Assembly: GCA_964570515.1 (NCBI GenBank)
Contig: CAZMYM010000006.1
Coordinates: 15,613 to 79,612, forward strand
DNA: 64,000 nucleotides
Direction: 5' to 3'
Origin: an uncultured Thermotogae bacterium
GTDB taxonomy: Bacteria; Bipolaricaulota; Bipolaricaulia; UBA7950; UBA9294
This document shows positions 20,861 through 29,810 of this stretch, piece by piece. Every line of letters begins with the position of its first letter. Position 1 is the first letter of the stretch. Below the pieces are notes generated by a model. It was not told the DNA's origin. It saw only the letters and a list, made by a program, of their open reading frames with translations, and searched no databases. The translations under genes were made by a program, and so were the position numbers.

Positions 20861-20890
20861 GCAACACAAAACGCAGGCCGAAGCCTGCGT
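20861..20890 (-). terminator. Intrinsic terminator (minus strand)
   Basis: ACGCAGGC-TTCG-GCCTGCGT: an 8-bp GC stem with a tetraloop, followed on the minus strand by TTTGTGTTGCC. It lies about 200 nt downstream of the GNAT gene stop (21091). Confidence 0.5.
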
Positions 20891-21090
20891 CTCTGTCGGG
20901 TTTTCTGTGCTTAGTGGCTCGTTGGTTAGCCCAGCACAGCCCGCCCGACGTGCATACGAATAACACGAAGCGGGAAGAGGACGCGCGTTCCCTTGTCTTC
21001 GGCGCACCACTTCTCGCTTCTCATGACCCGAGCATTATAAGTGAGAAGGGGTGCGTGTCAAGACCCCCTGACTTCGCGTGCGATGCGACC

Positions 21091-21666
21091 TCAGCCATCC
21101 CGTTTCGCGTTCCACTCTTCGGCAAGGATGGCGTAGACGTACTCATCACACCACGTGCCGTCGTGGTAGCAGTTCTTGACGAAGTGCGCTTCGCGGCGCA
21201 TGCCGAGTCGCTCCATCAGGCGCCACGATCCGGCATTGTCCGGGGACGTCATCGCGTAGGCGCGGTGGAATCCTTCGACACAGAACAGGTAGTCGAGCAG
21301 GGCCGCGGCCGCCTCGGTCATGTAACCGTTTCCCTCGAACGCCTTCCCGAGCGTCCATCCGATCATCCCCTGGCGTTGCTCTTCGATCTTCTTCGTGCTG
21401 AACCCGGTGTTCCCTACGACCCGTCCGAGTTCTTTCACCTCGATGACGAGTGCGAGCCAGTTCGTCGCCTCATCGACGGTCATCGTCATCATCGGCGTCC
21501 ACCATTTGCGCACGCTCTCCTCGGTGAACTCCCAGCCGATGTTGAAGCGACGGTGCTGGTCATCTTCTTCGTGTCTCGAGTAGTCGAGGATGTCGGGAAT
21601 GTCACGTTCCTCGAACCGCCGAACGATCAGCCGCTTGGTCTCCAGGCTGGGAGGCAGGTCGCTCAT
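21091..21666 (-). CDS. GNAT family N-acetyltransferase (RimJ/RimL-like)
   Basis: ORF 21091..21702. N-terminal LETKRLIVRRFEERDIPDILDY and an acetyl-CoA-binding motif around GRVVGNTGFS. Start at ATG 21666 or GTG 21702. Confidence 0.8.
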   Translation of the reverse strand: MSDLPPSLETKRLIVRRFEERDIPDILDYSRHEEDDQHRRFNIGWEFTEESVRKWWTPMMTMTVDEATNWLALVIEVKELGRVVGNTGFSTKKIEEQRQGMIGWTLGKAFEGNGYMTEAAAALLDYLFCVEGFHRAYAMTSPDNAGSWRLMERLGMRREAHFVKNCYHDGTWCDEYVYAILAEEWNAKRDG

Positions 21667-21744
21667 GGCGGGATTGTACTCCCGCGAGCTTCCCGTAGAC
21701 ACGTCCCCGGATCTCGCGCGGAGCGATGCGTTGTCCGCTACAGG

Positions 21745-22683
21745 TCAAGCGCCTTGAGACTGTCCCGCTCGCCAAGCGTCGATGGCGGGCCGATCGAGTT
21801 CGCGTGCCTCGTTCACCCGCTGACGCATCGCCTCGAGTGGATCCTCGGGCTCTGACTGGAAAAGGCCGCCGGCCTCTTGTGCGGCCGGCATCAGGGCGTC
21901 GAGGCTCAGGAGCTGTTTCATCCGCAGGGCGTCGATGATGCTCGCCCCCATGCGGCAGTTGTTGGTGAACGCGAAGACCATGTCGACGTGCGGACGCATC
22001 TCCTCGATCCGGTCGGTCCAGCCTTTCAGCTCCTCGTCGTTGTACGAGTAGTCGTACCGATGGCTCGGCGTTGGATGTTTCCACCACATCTCGGCGTTGC
22101 GGCCGTGGAGGCGGTAGTAGGCGATCGGCGACGTCGCGACGTTCGACGGACGGGGCAGTTTCGACAGACGCGGGAGATCGACATTGACGAATCCGAGACC
22201 GAGCGCGCGTAGCTTCGAAAACGTCTCTTCCTGACACCAGCCATCGTGGCGGAATTCGACGTTGACCGGGATCCCGGCGCCGACGAGTGCCCCGGCCAGC
22301 TTCTCCAGATGCATCATCGAAGCGGAGCTCGGTTTGAATGCGTACGGGAACTGCGCCAGCAGACCGCTCATCCGTCCGGCATCTCTGAACGGCTCGATAG
22401 CGGCCAGGAACGGCTCGATGACCTTGTCGAACTGCTCCCGCTGGTGGGTCATCTCCTTGGGTGTCTTGACGACGAATGCGAACCCTTCCGGGACCTTGTT
22501 CAGCATCCCCTCGAACAGTCCTGGACCTGGCACGCGGTAGTACGTCGTGTTGATCTCGACGCAGTCGAACATCTGCGCGTAGTAGGGCAAGAACTCGCCC
22601 GACGGCATCCCCTGCGGATAGATCGTCCCGACCCAGTCCCTGAAGTGATAGCCCGACGTTCCGACATGTGCTTCAGCACCCAT
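21745..22683 (-). CDS. DUF72 (UPF0759, YecE-like) family protein
   Basis: 312 aa. Family-typical N-terminus ..HVGTSGYHFRDWVGTIYP.. and a conserved body. Confidence 0.85.
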   Translation of the reverse strand: MGAEAHVGTSGYHFRDWVGTIYPQGMPSGEFLPYYAQMFDCVEINTTYYRVPGPGLFEGMLNKVPEGFAFVVKTPKEMTHQREQFDKVIEPFLAAIEPFRDAGRMSGLLAQFPYAFKPSSASMMHLEKLAGALVGAGIPVNVEFRHDGWCQEETFSKLRALGLGFVNVDLPRLSKLPRPSNVATSPIAYYRLHGRNAEMWWKHPTPSHRYDYSYNDEELKGWTDRIEEMRPHVDMVFAFTNNCRMGASIIDALRMKQLLSLDALMPAAQEAGGLFQSEPEDPLEAMRQRVNEARELDRPAIDAWRAGQSQGA

Positions 22684-22770
22684 GCGGTCATGATATCATG
22701 GTGCTCTTAGCGGCGGGTACCCTGGGATGCGGCAAGTCTGCCACTTGGAGATTCGACCCGGGACGCGACG

Positions 22771-24378
22771 CTACGAGCAGTGCAGTATGTCGCAAGCGAT
22801 GTTCAAGGCATGGTCGCCTGTGCGCTCCAGGTTGTGAAGGATTTCGACGAACAGGATGCCCGACTCGGGATCACATTCGCCTTGCTCCGACCTCTGCAGG
22901 TGTCGCTCCCTGTAGACGCGCTCCAGCCGGTCGACTTCGCCCTCCTGATCGAGGGCCTCGCGAGCAACCTGCGGATCGTCTGTCTGCAGCGCTTGTACTG
23001 TCTGTGCGTAGAATGCGTACGTCTTCTCGAACATATCAGCGAGATCCGCCCTTGCCTCTTCCGAGAACTGAAACCCTTGCCGGAGTAGCGTCTTCGTCCG
23101 CTCGGCGATGTTGACCGCTTGGTCGCCGACTCTCTCGACGTCCCCCGTAACGTGCCGGAGGACGTGAAGCCGCGCTTCTTCTCTGCTCGACAGACCCTCC
23201 GCCGGAATCCGATCGAGATACTCCTCGATCGATCGCTTCAGGCCGTCGACGGCCGTCTCCGTCTCGAAGACAGTGTGGACCTCGGATCGATCTCGGGAGA
23301 GAAGGCCGTGCTGACAGTTGCGGAGCATTGCGCCCGACATCTCCGCCATCCGCAGCAGCTCGCGGCGCGCCTGGTTGAGGGCCATCGAGGGGGCTGACAG
23401 GAATTGCGAGGACAGGTACTGGGGCGCAGCCGAGTTTGCCGACTCGCGGCCGCGAACCAGCCGCTTCGTCAGCCAGACCAGTCCGCCGACGGTCGGCAGG
23501 AAGGCCAACGTGACGGCGACGTTGAAAAACGTGTGCGCGTTGGCAATCTGCCGTGGCAGGGAGGCCGCCGTCCCCTCGACGAGCCCAGCGAAGAGCGGGA
23601 CAAACGGGATGAACACGGCTACGCCGATCACGTTGGTGAGGAGCTGCGCCACGGCCAAACGTCTCGACGAGAGGGACGACCCGATCGACGCGATCTGTGC
23701 CGTGATCGTTGTCCCGATGTTGGCGCCGAGGATCAGGGCAATTGCCGCGGGGAGCGTGAGGACCCCGGCCGCTCCCATCGCGATCACCATCGCCGTCATC
23801 GCCGACGAGCTTTGAATGACGGCCGTAACACCCGCGCCGACGAGAACGCCGAGCAACACGTTCGAACTGCACGATTCGAGCAAACGCAGGATCGCGGGAC
23901 TCTCCGCCAACCCCTTCAGTCCGCCCGAAAGGATGCTCATCCCGAGGAAGAGAAGGCCGAAGCCGAGGATGATTCTGCCTACGTCTCCGAGTTTGCGCCT
24001 TCGGAAGATCTCGGACAGCAAGAAGCCGATGGCGATGATCGGGAGGTAGTACGCGCCGATCTTGAACGCAATGATTTGCGCGGTCAGCGTCGTGCCGATC
24101 TCGGAACCGAGCATCACGCCGATCCCCTGGGCCAGCTTGAGAGCCCCCGCGTTGATCAGCCCAATCAACAGGACCATTGTCATGCTGCTCGACTGGAGGA
24201 TGCCGGACGTCACCGCGCCGACGATCGCGCCGCGATAGGCACGGTCCGTCAGCCGCTCGAGGAGTGACCGCATTCGTTCGCCGATGGCACGTTTCAACGC
24301 GGAACTGAGGATTCGAAGGCCGTACAAGAAGAGAGCGAGCCCGCCCAACGTGCTCATCACGACTGACACGACGTCCAC
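22771..24378 (-). CDS. Na/Pi cotransporter family protein with C-terminal PhoU-like domain
   Basis: 535 aa. Duplicated Na/Pi cotransporter motifs (GxxIGTTxTAQI twice), about 8 TM helices, and a C-terminal PhoU-like helical domain. Confidence 0.88.
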   Translation of the reverse strand: MDVVSVVMSTLGGLALFLYGLRILSSALKRAIGERMRSLLERLTDRAYRGAIVGAVTSGILQSSSMTMVLLIGLINAGALKLAQGIGVMLGSEIGTTLTAQIIAFKIGAYYLPIIAIGFLLSEIFRRRKLGDVGRIILGFGLLFLGMSILSGGLKGLAESPAILRLLESCSSNVLLGVLVGAGVTAVIQSSSAMTAMVIAMGAAGVLTLPAAIALILGANIGTTITAQIASIGSSLSSRRLAVAQLLTNVIGVAVFIPFVPLFAGLVEGTAASLPRQIANAHTFFNVAVTLAFLPTVGGLVWLTKRLVRGRESANSAAPQYLSSQFLSAPSMALNQARRELLRMAEMSGAMLRNCQHGLLSRDRSEVHTVFETETAVDGLKRSIEEYLDRIPAEGLSSREEARLHVLRHVTGDVERVGDQAVNIAERTKTLLRQGFQFSEEARADLADMFEKTYAFYAQTVQALQTDDPQVAREALDQEGEVDRLERVYRERHLQRSEQGECDPESGILFVEILHNLERTGDHALNIACDILHCS

Positions 24379-24825
24379 CGTTCACCACCCCGGAGATATG
24401 GACTTCGGATCGCATGTTAATATGAAGTCGAGCCAATATCAAGACCGTTCGCCAAGGATGTAGTTGCGGGACCGATCGTCGCGAGTTTCGGTGCCGGACT
24501 TCGTTGACTGCAGGCCGCTGCACTGCCGGAATCCTCCTACGCTGGCGGTGCGAATCACGCTGATCCTGTGGAGGAGGCTGCAATGACAGACGAGTATGCG
24601 TTCAGAGCGCGTATCGACGCGCCATATGCGGCAGCGTTGGCGCGCGACAGACTGCGACGAGTTGCCGAGGCAATCCAGGACTGAGTGACCGTCCGCCTCG
24701 GAGCTCAGCTTGTATGCGCCAAGAACAGCGACCTGACGACGTGTACTTGCGGAGTTGAGCCCATTTCGTCAGGCTCGACTCGAAAGAAAGGGTTCGACCA
24801 CGCGCCACTGCTGGGGGTCAAGGAC

Positions 24826-25198
24826 GCGACTCCGATTCACTGGCTTGTTCGTATGATGTAATGTATACTGCACCCACCCGAAACGGCAAACCTAGCGAAA
24901 GCTGGAGGCGCAAAGTTACGGGCCTAAGGGAGGAATCCTATGGTCGCCGAACTGCCAAAGGCCATCGAGCGTGGTGCACTTAGCACCACGCGATGTTGTC
25001 TTGCGCGACTCGCTGGTTTCTCCTCCTTAGAACGAGAGCTCTGCTTTTCCTGTTCCAGCCAGTGCGCTGAGCACGGTGGAGAGGCCGTCGCGCTCTTCGG
25101 GTCGTGTGAAGGGTGAGAGGGAGAACAAACGTGTCGCCTCCTTGCGACTCAGCCACGAGCGCAGCATGAGGGGGATGCCTCACTAGCATCCCCCGCTG
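24826..25198 (+). repeat. Direct repeat A, copy 1 (~373 bp; partner at 31734-32117)
   Basis: The two copies are about 85-90% identical by eye. Shared blocks: cttgtt..gtatgatgNaatgtatactgcacc, cccgaaacggcaaacctag, cgcaaagttacgggccta, gggaggaatcct, ggtgtgaagggtgagaggg, ctccttgcgactcagccacgagcgcagcatgaggggg, and a terminal GGGGGATG..CATCCCCC hairpin whose loop differs between the copies. Confidence 0.85.
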
Positions 25199-25399
25199 CG
25201 CGCCTTAAGCTGCTTCTGATTCGCCAGAGCGCCTTCCCGATTGGAAACCGAAGATCCGACTCCGCACGACCTCGCGATAGGGTCTGTGCCCTCCGATCTA
25301 CGAAGCCGACCTGCGCGTGATTAGCGCTCGCATGCCGGGCATCATCTAGCGGACGAAGGAGACGCTCGGTGCTCGGCAGGCGATGAAGGGGGAGCTTCG

Positions 25400-26761
25400 A
25401 TGTTGCAGGGTGGTGGGAGTCCGAAACGTCCGACCGGTATGGTCGGGTTCACGTTTGTCTGGGCGGGACAGATCCTGTCGGTTCTGGCGTCGAGCGCGAC
25501 AAGCTTCGCGTTGACGATCTGGGCCTACCAGACGTACGGGAGTGCGACCGCTCTCGGCGTCATCAGTACCTCGTTCCTGATTCCGTTCATGCTCCTCTCG
25601 CCGGTCGCCGGGGTTCTCGTCGACCGGCACAGCCGGAAGCTGATGATGATGGTCAGCGACGTCGTCGCTGTCGTCGCCACGGTCGGGATTCTGGTGATGC
25701 TCAGCACGGGCGGCCTGCAGATCTGGCATCTGTTCACTGCCGCGGCAGTGATGGGGCTGGGTCACACGTTCCAGTGGCCCGCGTACTCGGCCGCGATCAC
25801 GACGATGCTTCCCAAGGAGCAGTACAACCGCGCCAACGGGATGATGTCGCTGGTCGAGTCCGGCCCAGCCGTCTTCGCTCCGATTCTCGCTGGCGCCCTC
25901 TACCCGATCCTCGGGTTGCGGGGGATCCTCATCCTCGACATCGCGACGTTCTTCATCGCGATTGGCGCGCTCGTCTTCGTCCACATCCCACCGCCCCCGA
26001 AGACGGTCGAGGGACAGGCGGGGAGGGGAAGCATGCTCAAGGAGGCCGTCTACGGCTTCCGCTACATCTTCCAGCGAAAGGGCCTGCTGCACCTGTTGCT
26101 GTTCTTCCTCGCGCTCAACCTCGTGATCGGCCTCGCGTTCAACGTCTTCGACCCGTACATCCTCGAGCGGACGGGAAACAACAGCGCGCATCTCGGCTAC
26201 GTCCGCTCGGCCGCCGCCATCGGCGCGGTGATCGGCGGACTGCTCGTGAGTCTGTGGGGCGGCTTCAAGAGGAAGATGAAGAGCATCCTCCTTGGCGAAG
26301 CGCTGACGGGTGTCACCGCCATGATTTGCTTCGGCGTCGTTCGAAGCCTGCCGTTCTGGATCCTGGCCGCCGGCGTTGGCGCGATCTTCGGCCCCTTCGT
26401 CAACGGGGCAAGCCAGTCGATCTGGCAAGCGAAGGTGGCGCCCGACGTCCAGGGCCGCGTCTTCTCGGCGAGGCGGATGATCGCGTTCGGGATTGGACCG
26501 GTCGTACCCGTCCTCGCCGGCATGCTCGCTGACTACGTAACGGAGCCGGCGATGACCTCGGCAACGTGGCTCTCACGAACGTTCGGTTGGCTGGTCGGCA
26601 CGACGCCCGGATCGGGGATGGCGCTGCAGTTTGTGGTTGCCGGCGTGCTCTACGTTTTGATCGTGCTTGCCGCTGTCTTCTTCATTCCCTCCATTCGCAA
26701 CCTCGAGGACCATCTCCCCGACCACGACGAGATGGAGACTGCCGAGGGGGCAGAAGGATGA
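25400..26761 (+). CDS. MFS transporter (EntS/MFS_3-like efflux family)
   Basis: 453 aa, about 12 TM helices. SD AAGGGGGAG precedes ATG 25400. The stop overlaps the ATG of the downstream APRT-like gene (ATGA). Confidence 0.85.
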   Translation: MLQGGGSPKRPTGMVGFTFVWAGQILSVLASSATSFALTIWAYQTYGSATALGVISTSFLIPFMLLSPVAGVLVDRHSRKLMMMVSDVVAVVATVGILVMLSTGGLQIWHLFTAAAVMGLGHTFQWPAYSAAITTMLPKEQYNRANGMMSLVESGPAVFAPILAGALYPILGLRGILILDIATFFIAIGALVFVHIPPPPKTVEGQAGRGSMLKEAVYGFRYIFQRKGLLHLLLFFLALNLVIGLAFNVFDPYILERTGNNSAHLGYVRSAAAIGAVIGGLLVSLWGGFKRKMKSILLGEALTGVTAMICFGVVRSLPFWILAAGVGAIFGPFVNGASQSIWQAKVAPDVQGRVFSARRMIAFGIGPVVPVLAGMLADYVTEPAMTSATWLSRTFGWLVGTTPGSGMALQFVVAGVLYVLIVLAAVFFIPSIRNLEDHLPDHDEMETAEGAEG

Positions 26762-27282
26762 AGCCGTATCTGGCCAAGATCGACACGAATACCACCGGGA
26801 ACCGCAACGATGTCACGCCGCTGTTCGCGGACCGAGACAGCTTCCGTCAGCTTGTCGACGACCTGGCGCGTCCGTTTCTGAGCGTGGGCATCGACGCGGT
26901 CGTGGCGATCGACGCGCTCGGCTTCATCCTCGGGACGGCGATCGCAGAGCGCCTCGGCGTTGGACTGGTCCCGGCGCGCAAAGGCGGGAAGCTGCCGGTC
27001 GAGGCCATTCATGAGACGTTCGTCGACTACTCCGGAGACCCGAAGGCCCTCGAGATGCGGCGGGATGCGCTGAAGCCGGGGATGAACGTGCTGGTGGTCG
27101 ACGAGTGGGTGGAGACCGGCGCTCAGGTCACGGCGGCGATTGCCCTGGTCGAGTGTCTCGGAGCCCACGTGCGCGGGATCGCCACCATCTGCATGGATCG
27201 CAAAGCAGACACCTCGGAACTGCGCCGAGACTACGCCGTCCACGACGCCTGGAATGACAAGAAGGAAGTCGACGGGAGATAG
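26758..27282 (+). CDS. Adenine phosphoribosyltransferase-family protein (divergent; paralog 1)
   Basis: ORF 26566..27282. ATG at 26758 gives MKPYLAKIDTNTTGNRNDVTPLF... APRT-like core GFILGTAIAERLGVGLVPARKGGKLP and a PRPP-binding loop VLVVDEWVETGAQV (canonical APRT has VLVVDDLLATGGT). 174 aa. Confidence 0.8.
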   Translation: MKPYLAKIDTNTTGNRNDVTPLFADRDSFRQLVDDLARPFLSVGIDAVVAIDALGFILGTAIAERLGVGLVPARKGGKLPVEAIHETFVDYSGDPKALEMRRDALKPGMNVLVVDEWVETGAQVTAAIALVECLGAHVRGIATICMDRKADTSELRRDYAVHDAWNDKKEVDGR

Positions 27283-27334
27283 GAGGAATCCTGGTTCTTG
27301 CGAACTAAGGTACGTGTCCCTCGATCTTACCGAT

Positions 27335-27427
27335 CTGCATGGATCGAACGCGAGCACGTCGGAGCTGCGGCGTGAATACATGGTCCACGACGTCTGGGAT
27401 GACGAGCAAGGTCCCGTGGAGAGATAG
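27335..27427 (+). pseudogene. C-terminal fragment of a third APRT-like gene copy
   Basis: The tail of track ORF 27140..27427 reads ..DLHGSNASTSELRREYMVHDVWDDEQGPVER*. It is collinear with the last ~30 aa of both APRT-like genes (..ICMDRKADTSELRRDYAVHDAWNDKKEVDGR*), and the DNA atctgcatggatcg.. is also shared. Confidence 0.6.
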
Positions 27428-27798
27428 GGTACGTGTCCCCCGATCTCCTGAGAGGTGCAGGAATGCATGTTCGCATCTTGGGTGTGAAAGCAGAGGCAGC
27501 CTAGTTCGTCCGGGTGCTGGCTGAAATCATCGACGTGCCTCCTTTGAAGAAGGCTCGGTGTCACGCCGAGCCGGGCGAGAAGATACCTGATGTTCTCCGG
27601 CGCCTCAAGACGGCCCGAAACGTCCACAGGCATGGGATGCCAATCGGTTGGCGCGGGTTGGCAGCAGTTCGTATCACGAGAAGAAAGAGACTAGAATCAC
27701 AACCCACTGACGCGCTTGACGTCGACGGGTCCCTTAGCACGGAGGATCGGCTTGAGACCAGCGCTTCAGACGCTGTGTCGTACAGAGGAGAGTGGGCA

Positions 27799-28923
27799 AT
27801 GCCCGAGACTGACCGAAGACCGCTCGAGATTCACAGCATCGCGTTCCGCTTCGACGGAAGCGACGTGATCCCGCTGAAGCATCATGCCTTGAGCGACATC
27901 CCACCCCCTTCGATCGGTCGGCCGACCCGCCTTGAGCCCGACTTGCTCGAACTCCCCGTCGATCTCGACCTGGGCAAGCCGGTCCCGACCCCAGAGTACA
28001 TCGAAGGTGAGCGGAACGAGCCGGCGGCGTTCGTGATGGGCGCCCGTCCGAAGATCCAGGTCATCTTCCGCCAGCTTCCGGCGTACGCGGACGAAGCCCT
28101 CTCGATCGGTGCGTCGGGAAACAAGGGCGGGGTGGTCGAGCGAAGCGTCACGCCGGCTTTCGGAGCGTCAGGATTGAGCGATCCTGTCGAGTTCGAGTTG
28201 GCGTCTCCGCTGCCGCAGACCGTGGGCAAGCTGACGCTCTCGCTCGCGTGGTCCGCTGGCAACGCGGGGACGCCGGACGCTTCGATTCCGATCGGATCGA
28301 CGGAACACATGATCTACCTGACCGTCGATCGCCCGGTTGCGCCGTGGGAGAACGAGACTCCGTGGGTCGATGCGCTCGACCTCTCCTGCGAATGGGGAAG
28401 CGGCGCTACGGACAGAGATACGGCTGCAGCGGCGATCACCCGAGGGCTGAACGCGAGTCCGTACCTTCGCTACCACGGGACCACGACGTTTGGGGCGTCG
28501 ACCTTCTTCCTCTCCAGCTTCCTCATGCTGTTCCGCAAGGAGGCCGTCTTCCATCTGAACTGCACCGACTGCGCGGACATGATCGTCACGCTCGCGAACC
28601 TGCTCGGGTGCGACCTGCATCAAGGCAAGGTGTTCGACCTCGAGACGCGGAGGTTCCTGAAGCTTGCCGGAGATCCAGCCGACGACGCGGACTGGGTCTC
28701 GTGTGAATGGAACTTCCACGAGATGGCATGGCTGCACGGCATCGGACCGCAGGCGAGCGTGTACGACGGTTCTCTGCAACTCGACACGGACAAGAACGAT
28801 GCGGACACCGTTCACGTCCCGCAGCTTCCGGCCAAGATGGCGTTCAAGAACTACAAGGCCCTGTTGGTCGAAGACGGACCCTGCAAGCCCGCCAGCTCCG
28901 GTTCCCGGCGGGCTGTGGCCTAG
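27799..28923 (+). CDS. Hypothetical protein with C-terminal transglutaminase-like (papain-fold) Cys-His-Asp core
   Basis: ORF 27514..28923. ATG at 27799 follows GAGGAGAG; alternative starts lie upstream (e.g. ATG 27637). Putative catalytic triad: NCTDCADMIVTLANLLGC (Cys), about 46 aa later NFHEMAWLHG (His), about 15 aa later VYDGSLQLD (Asp). Spacing and motifs resemble transglutaminase-like enzymes. This is my pattern recognition, not a database hit. Confidence 0.6.
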   Translation: MPETDRRPLEIHSIAFRFDGSDVIPLKHHALSDIPPPSIGRPTRLEPDLLELPVDLDLGKPVPTPEYIEGERNEPAAFVMGARPKIQVIFRQLPAYADEALSIGASGNKGGVVERSVTPAFGASGLSDPVEFELASPLPQTVGKLTLSLAWSAGNAGTPDASIPIGSTEHMIYLTVDRPVAPWENETPWVDALDLSCEWGSGATDRDTAAAAITRGLNASPYLRYHGTTTFGASTFFLSSFLMLFRKEAVFHLNCTDCADMIVTLANLLGCDLHQGKVFDLETRRFLKLAGDPADDADWVSCEWNFHEMAWLHGIGPQASVYDGSLQLDTDKNDADTVHVPQLPAKMAFKNYKALLVEDGPCKPASSGSRRAVA

Positions 28924-28932
28924 GAGCGGATC

Positions 28933-29679
28933 ATGAAGAGAGATCTCAAGGCACGATACGGCTTCGGCTCATGGGGAGAACGGCGGGGCGGAGGCGAACG
29001 CCTGCTGGTCCAAGGGTTTGACCCATGGAAGAAGGACTGCATGAACTGGCGCCGAGAGGAGAGACGTGCGCTCCGGGAACCGAAGCAGCGCCTACTCCGC
29101 CGGAGCATGTGGTCTCCTCCGGGCAACCCGAAACAGCGGATTCTCATCGAGGTGAGGGAGACCGCGTCGGCTGAGGCCGCCGCCGAGTGCCTTCTCGACG
29201 TTCTCGGTCAGCACGAGCTCAAGCGCCTTCCGAACGGCTCGAACGACATCGGCGACGTCTGCTTCGTTCACCCGGAGGGGCAGACGCCCGCGATCTTCTG
29301 GACGACCGGGAATCTGTGCATCAGCGTCGTGAGCATCGGACTCAAGCCGATGCCCGTCCTCGATTGGGCACGCCGCCTCAACGCGCGCACCAGCACGAAG
29401 CCGAGAGCACAGGCGTTCGATCTGGCTCTGAAGCCGTCGAAAGGTGACTTGGCGGTGAAGAAGGAGAAGGTCGTGGGAATCGAGCGTCCGAAGGACCTCA
29501 GCGACGAAGCCTTCCTCCAGGTCTTCTCCGAGGGTGCCGATCTCAGCCTGAAGAAGGGCGAGATCCGCATCTGCGCCGCCCAGGAAGGTCCGGTCGCCGT
29601 CGAAGCCTTCGTCGTCGAGCCCGCCCGCCCGCCCCGAGCAGGTCGCCTGGACCTCTCCGCGCGGAAGACTCCGAAGTAA
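28933..29679 (+). CDS. Hypothetical protein (248 aa), operonic with the transglutaminase-like gene
   Basis: SD TAGGAGCGG overlaps the stop of the upstream gene; ATG at 28933. No recognised domain. Confidence 0.55.
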   Translation: MKRDLKARYGFGSWGERRGGGERLLVQGFDPWKKDCMNWRREERRALREPKQRLLRRSMWSPPGNPKQRILIEVRETASAEAAAECLLDVLGQHELKRLPNGSNDIGDVCFVHPEGQTPAIFWTTGNLCISVVSIGLKPMPVLDWARRLNARTSTKPRAQAFDLALKPSKGDLAVKKEKVVGIERPKDLSDEAFLQVFSEGADLSLKKGEIRICAAQEGPVAVEAFVVEPARPPRAGRLDLSARKTPK

Positions 29680-29810
29680 CCTCGCGCCGTGCCTAAGTCG
29701 AGAGGCCCCAAGCGCATGTCTCCGTTCTGTTCACAAGGAACCGCAGTGCTCGGCGCTGCAGGGCACGATCTGATCCCGCTGTCGATCCATCCTCTACAAT
29801 CGGAGCACCG

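Noticed and set aside
20653-21855. 400-aa plus-strand ORF, and the 250-aa minus ORF 20214..20966
   Set aside because: The plus ORF is antisense to the GNAT gene and runs through a non-coding gap. Only the last 82 codons of the minus ORF, after a strong internal SD, look protein-like.
23036-24583. 515-aa minus-strand ORF and several plus ORFs within 22771..24378
   Set aside because: Alternate-frame or antisense to the Na/Pi cotransporter. Arg-rich.
24940-25125. 61-codon Cys-rich ORF inside repeat A1 (MVAELPKAIERGALSTTRCCLARLAGFSSLERELCFSCSSQCAEHGGEAVALFGSCEG) right after the GGGAGGAATCCT SD
   Set aside because: In repeat copy A2 the start codon is AAG and the downstream frame hits a stop within 18 codons, although the nucleotide sequence is conserved. 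The conservation is therefore at the DNA/RNA level, not the protein level.
25346-26428. 360-aa minus ORF and 25774..26532 plus ORF inside the MFS gene
   Set aside because: The MFS frame gives 12 hydrophobic TM segments. The others are charged low-complexity.
26650-27633. 327-aa minus ORF and 29268..30428 minus ORF antisense to the APRT-like genes
   Set aside because: The APRT-like frames have clear PRTase motifs and are duplicated as protein-coding units. The antisense ORFs are low-complexity.
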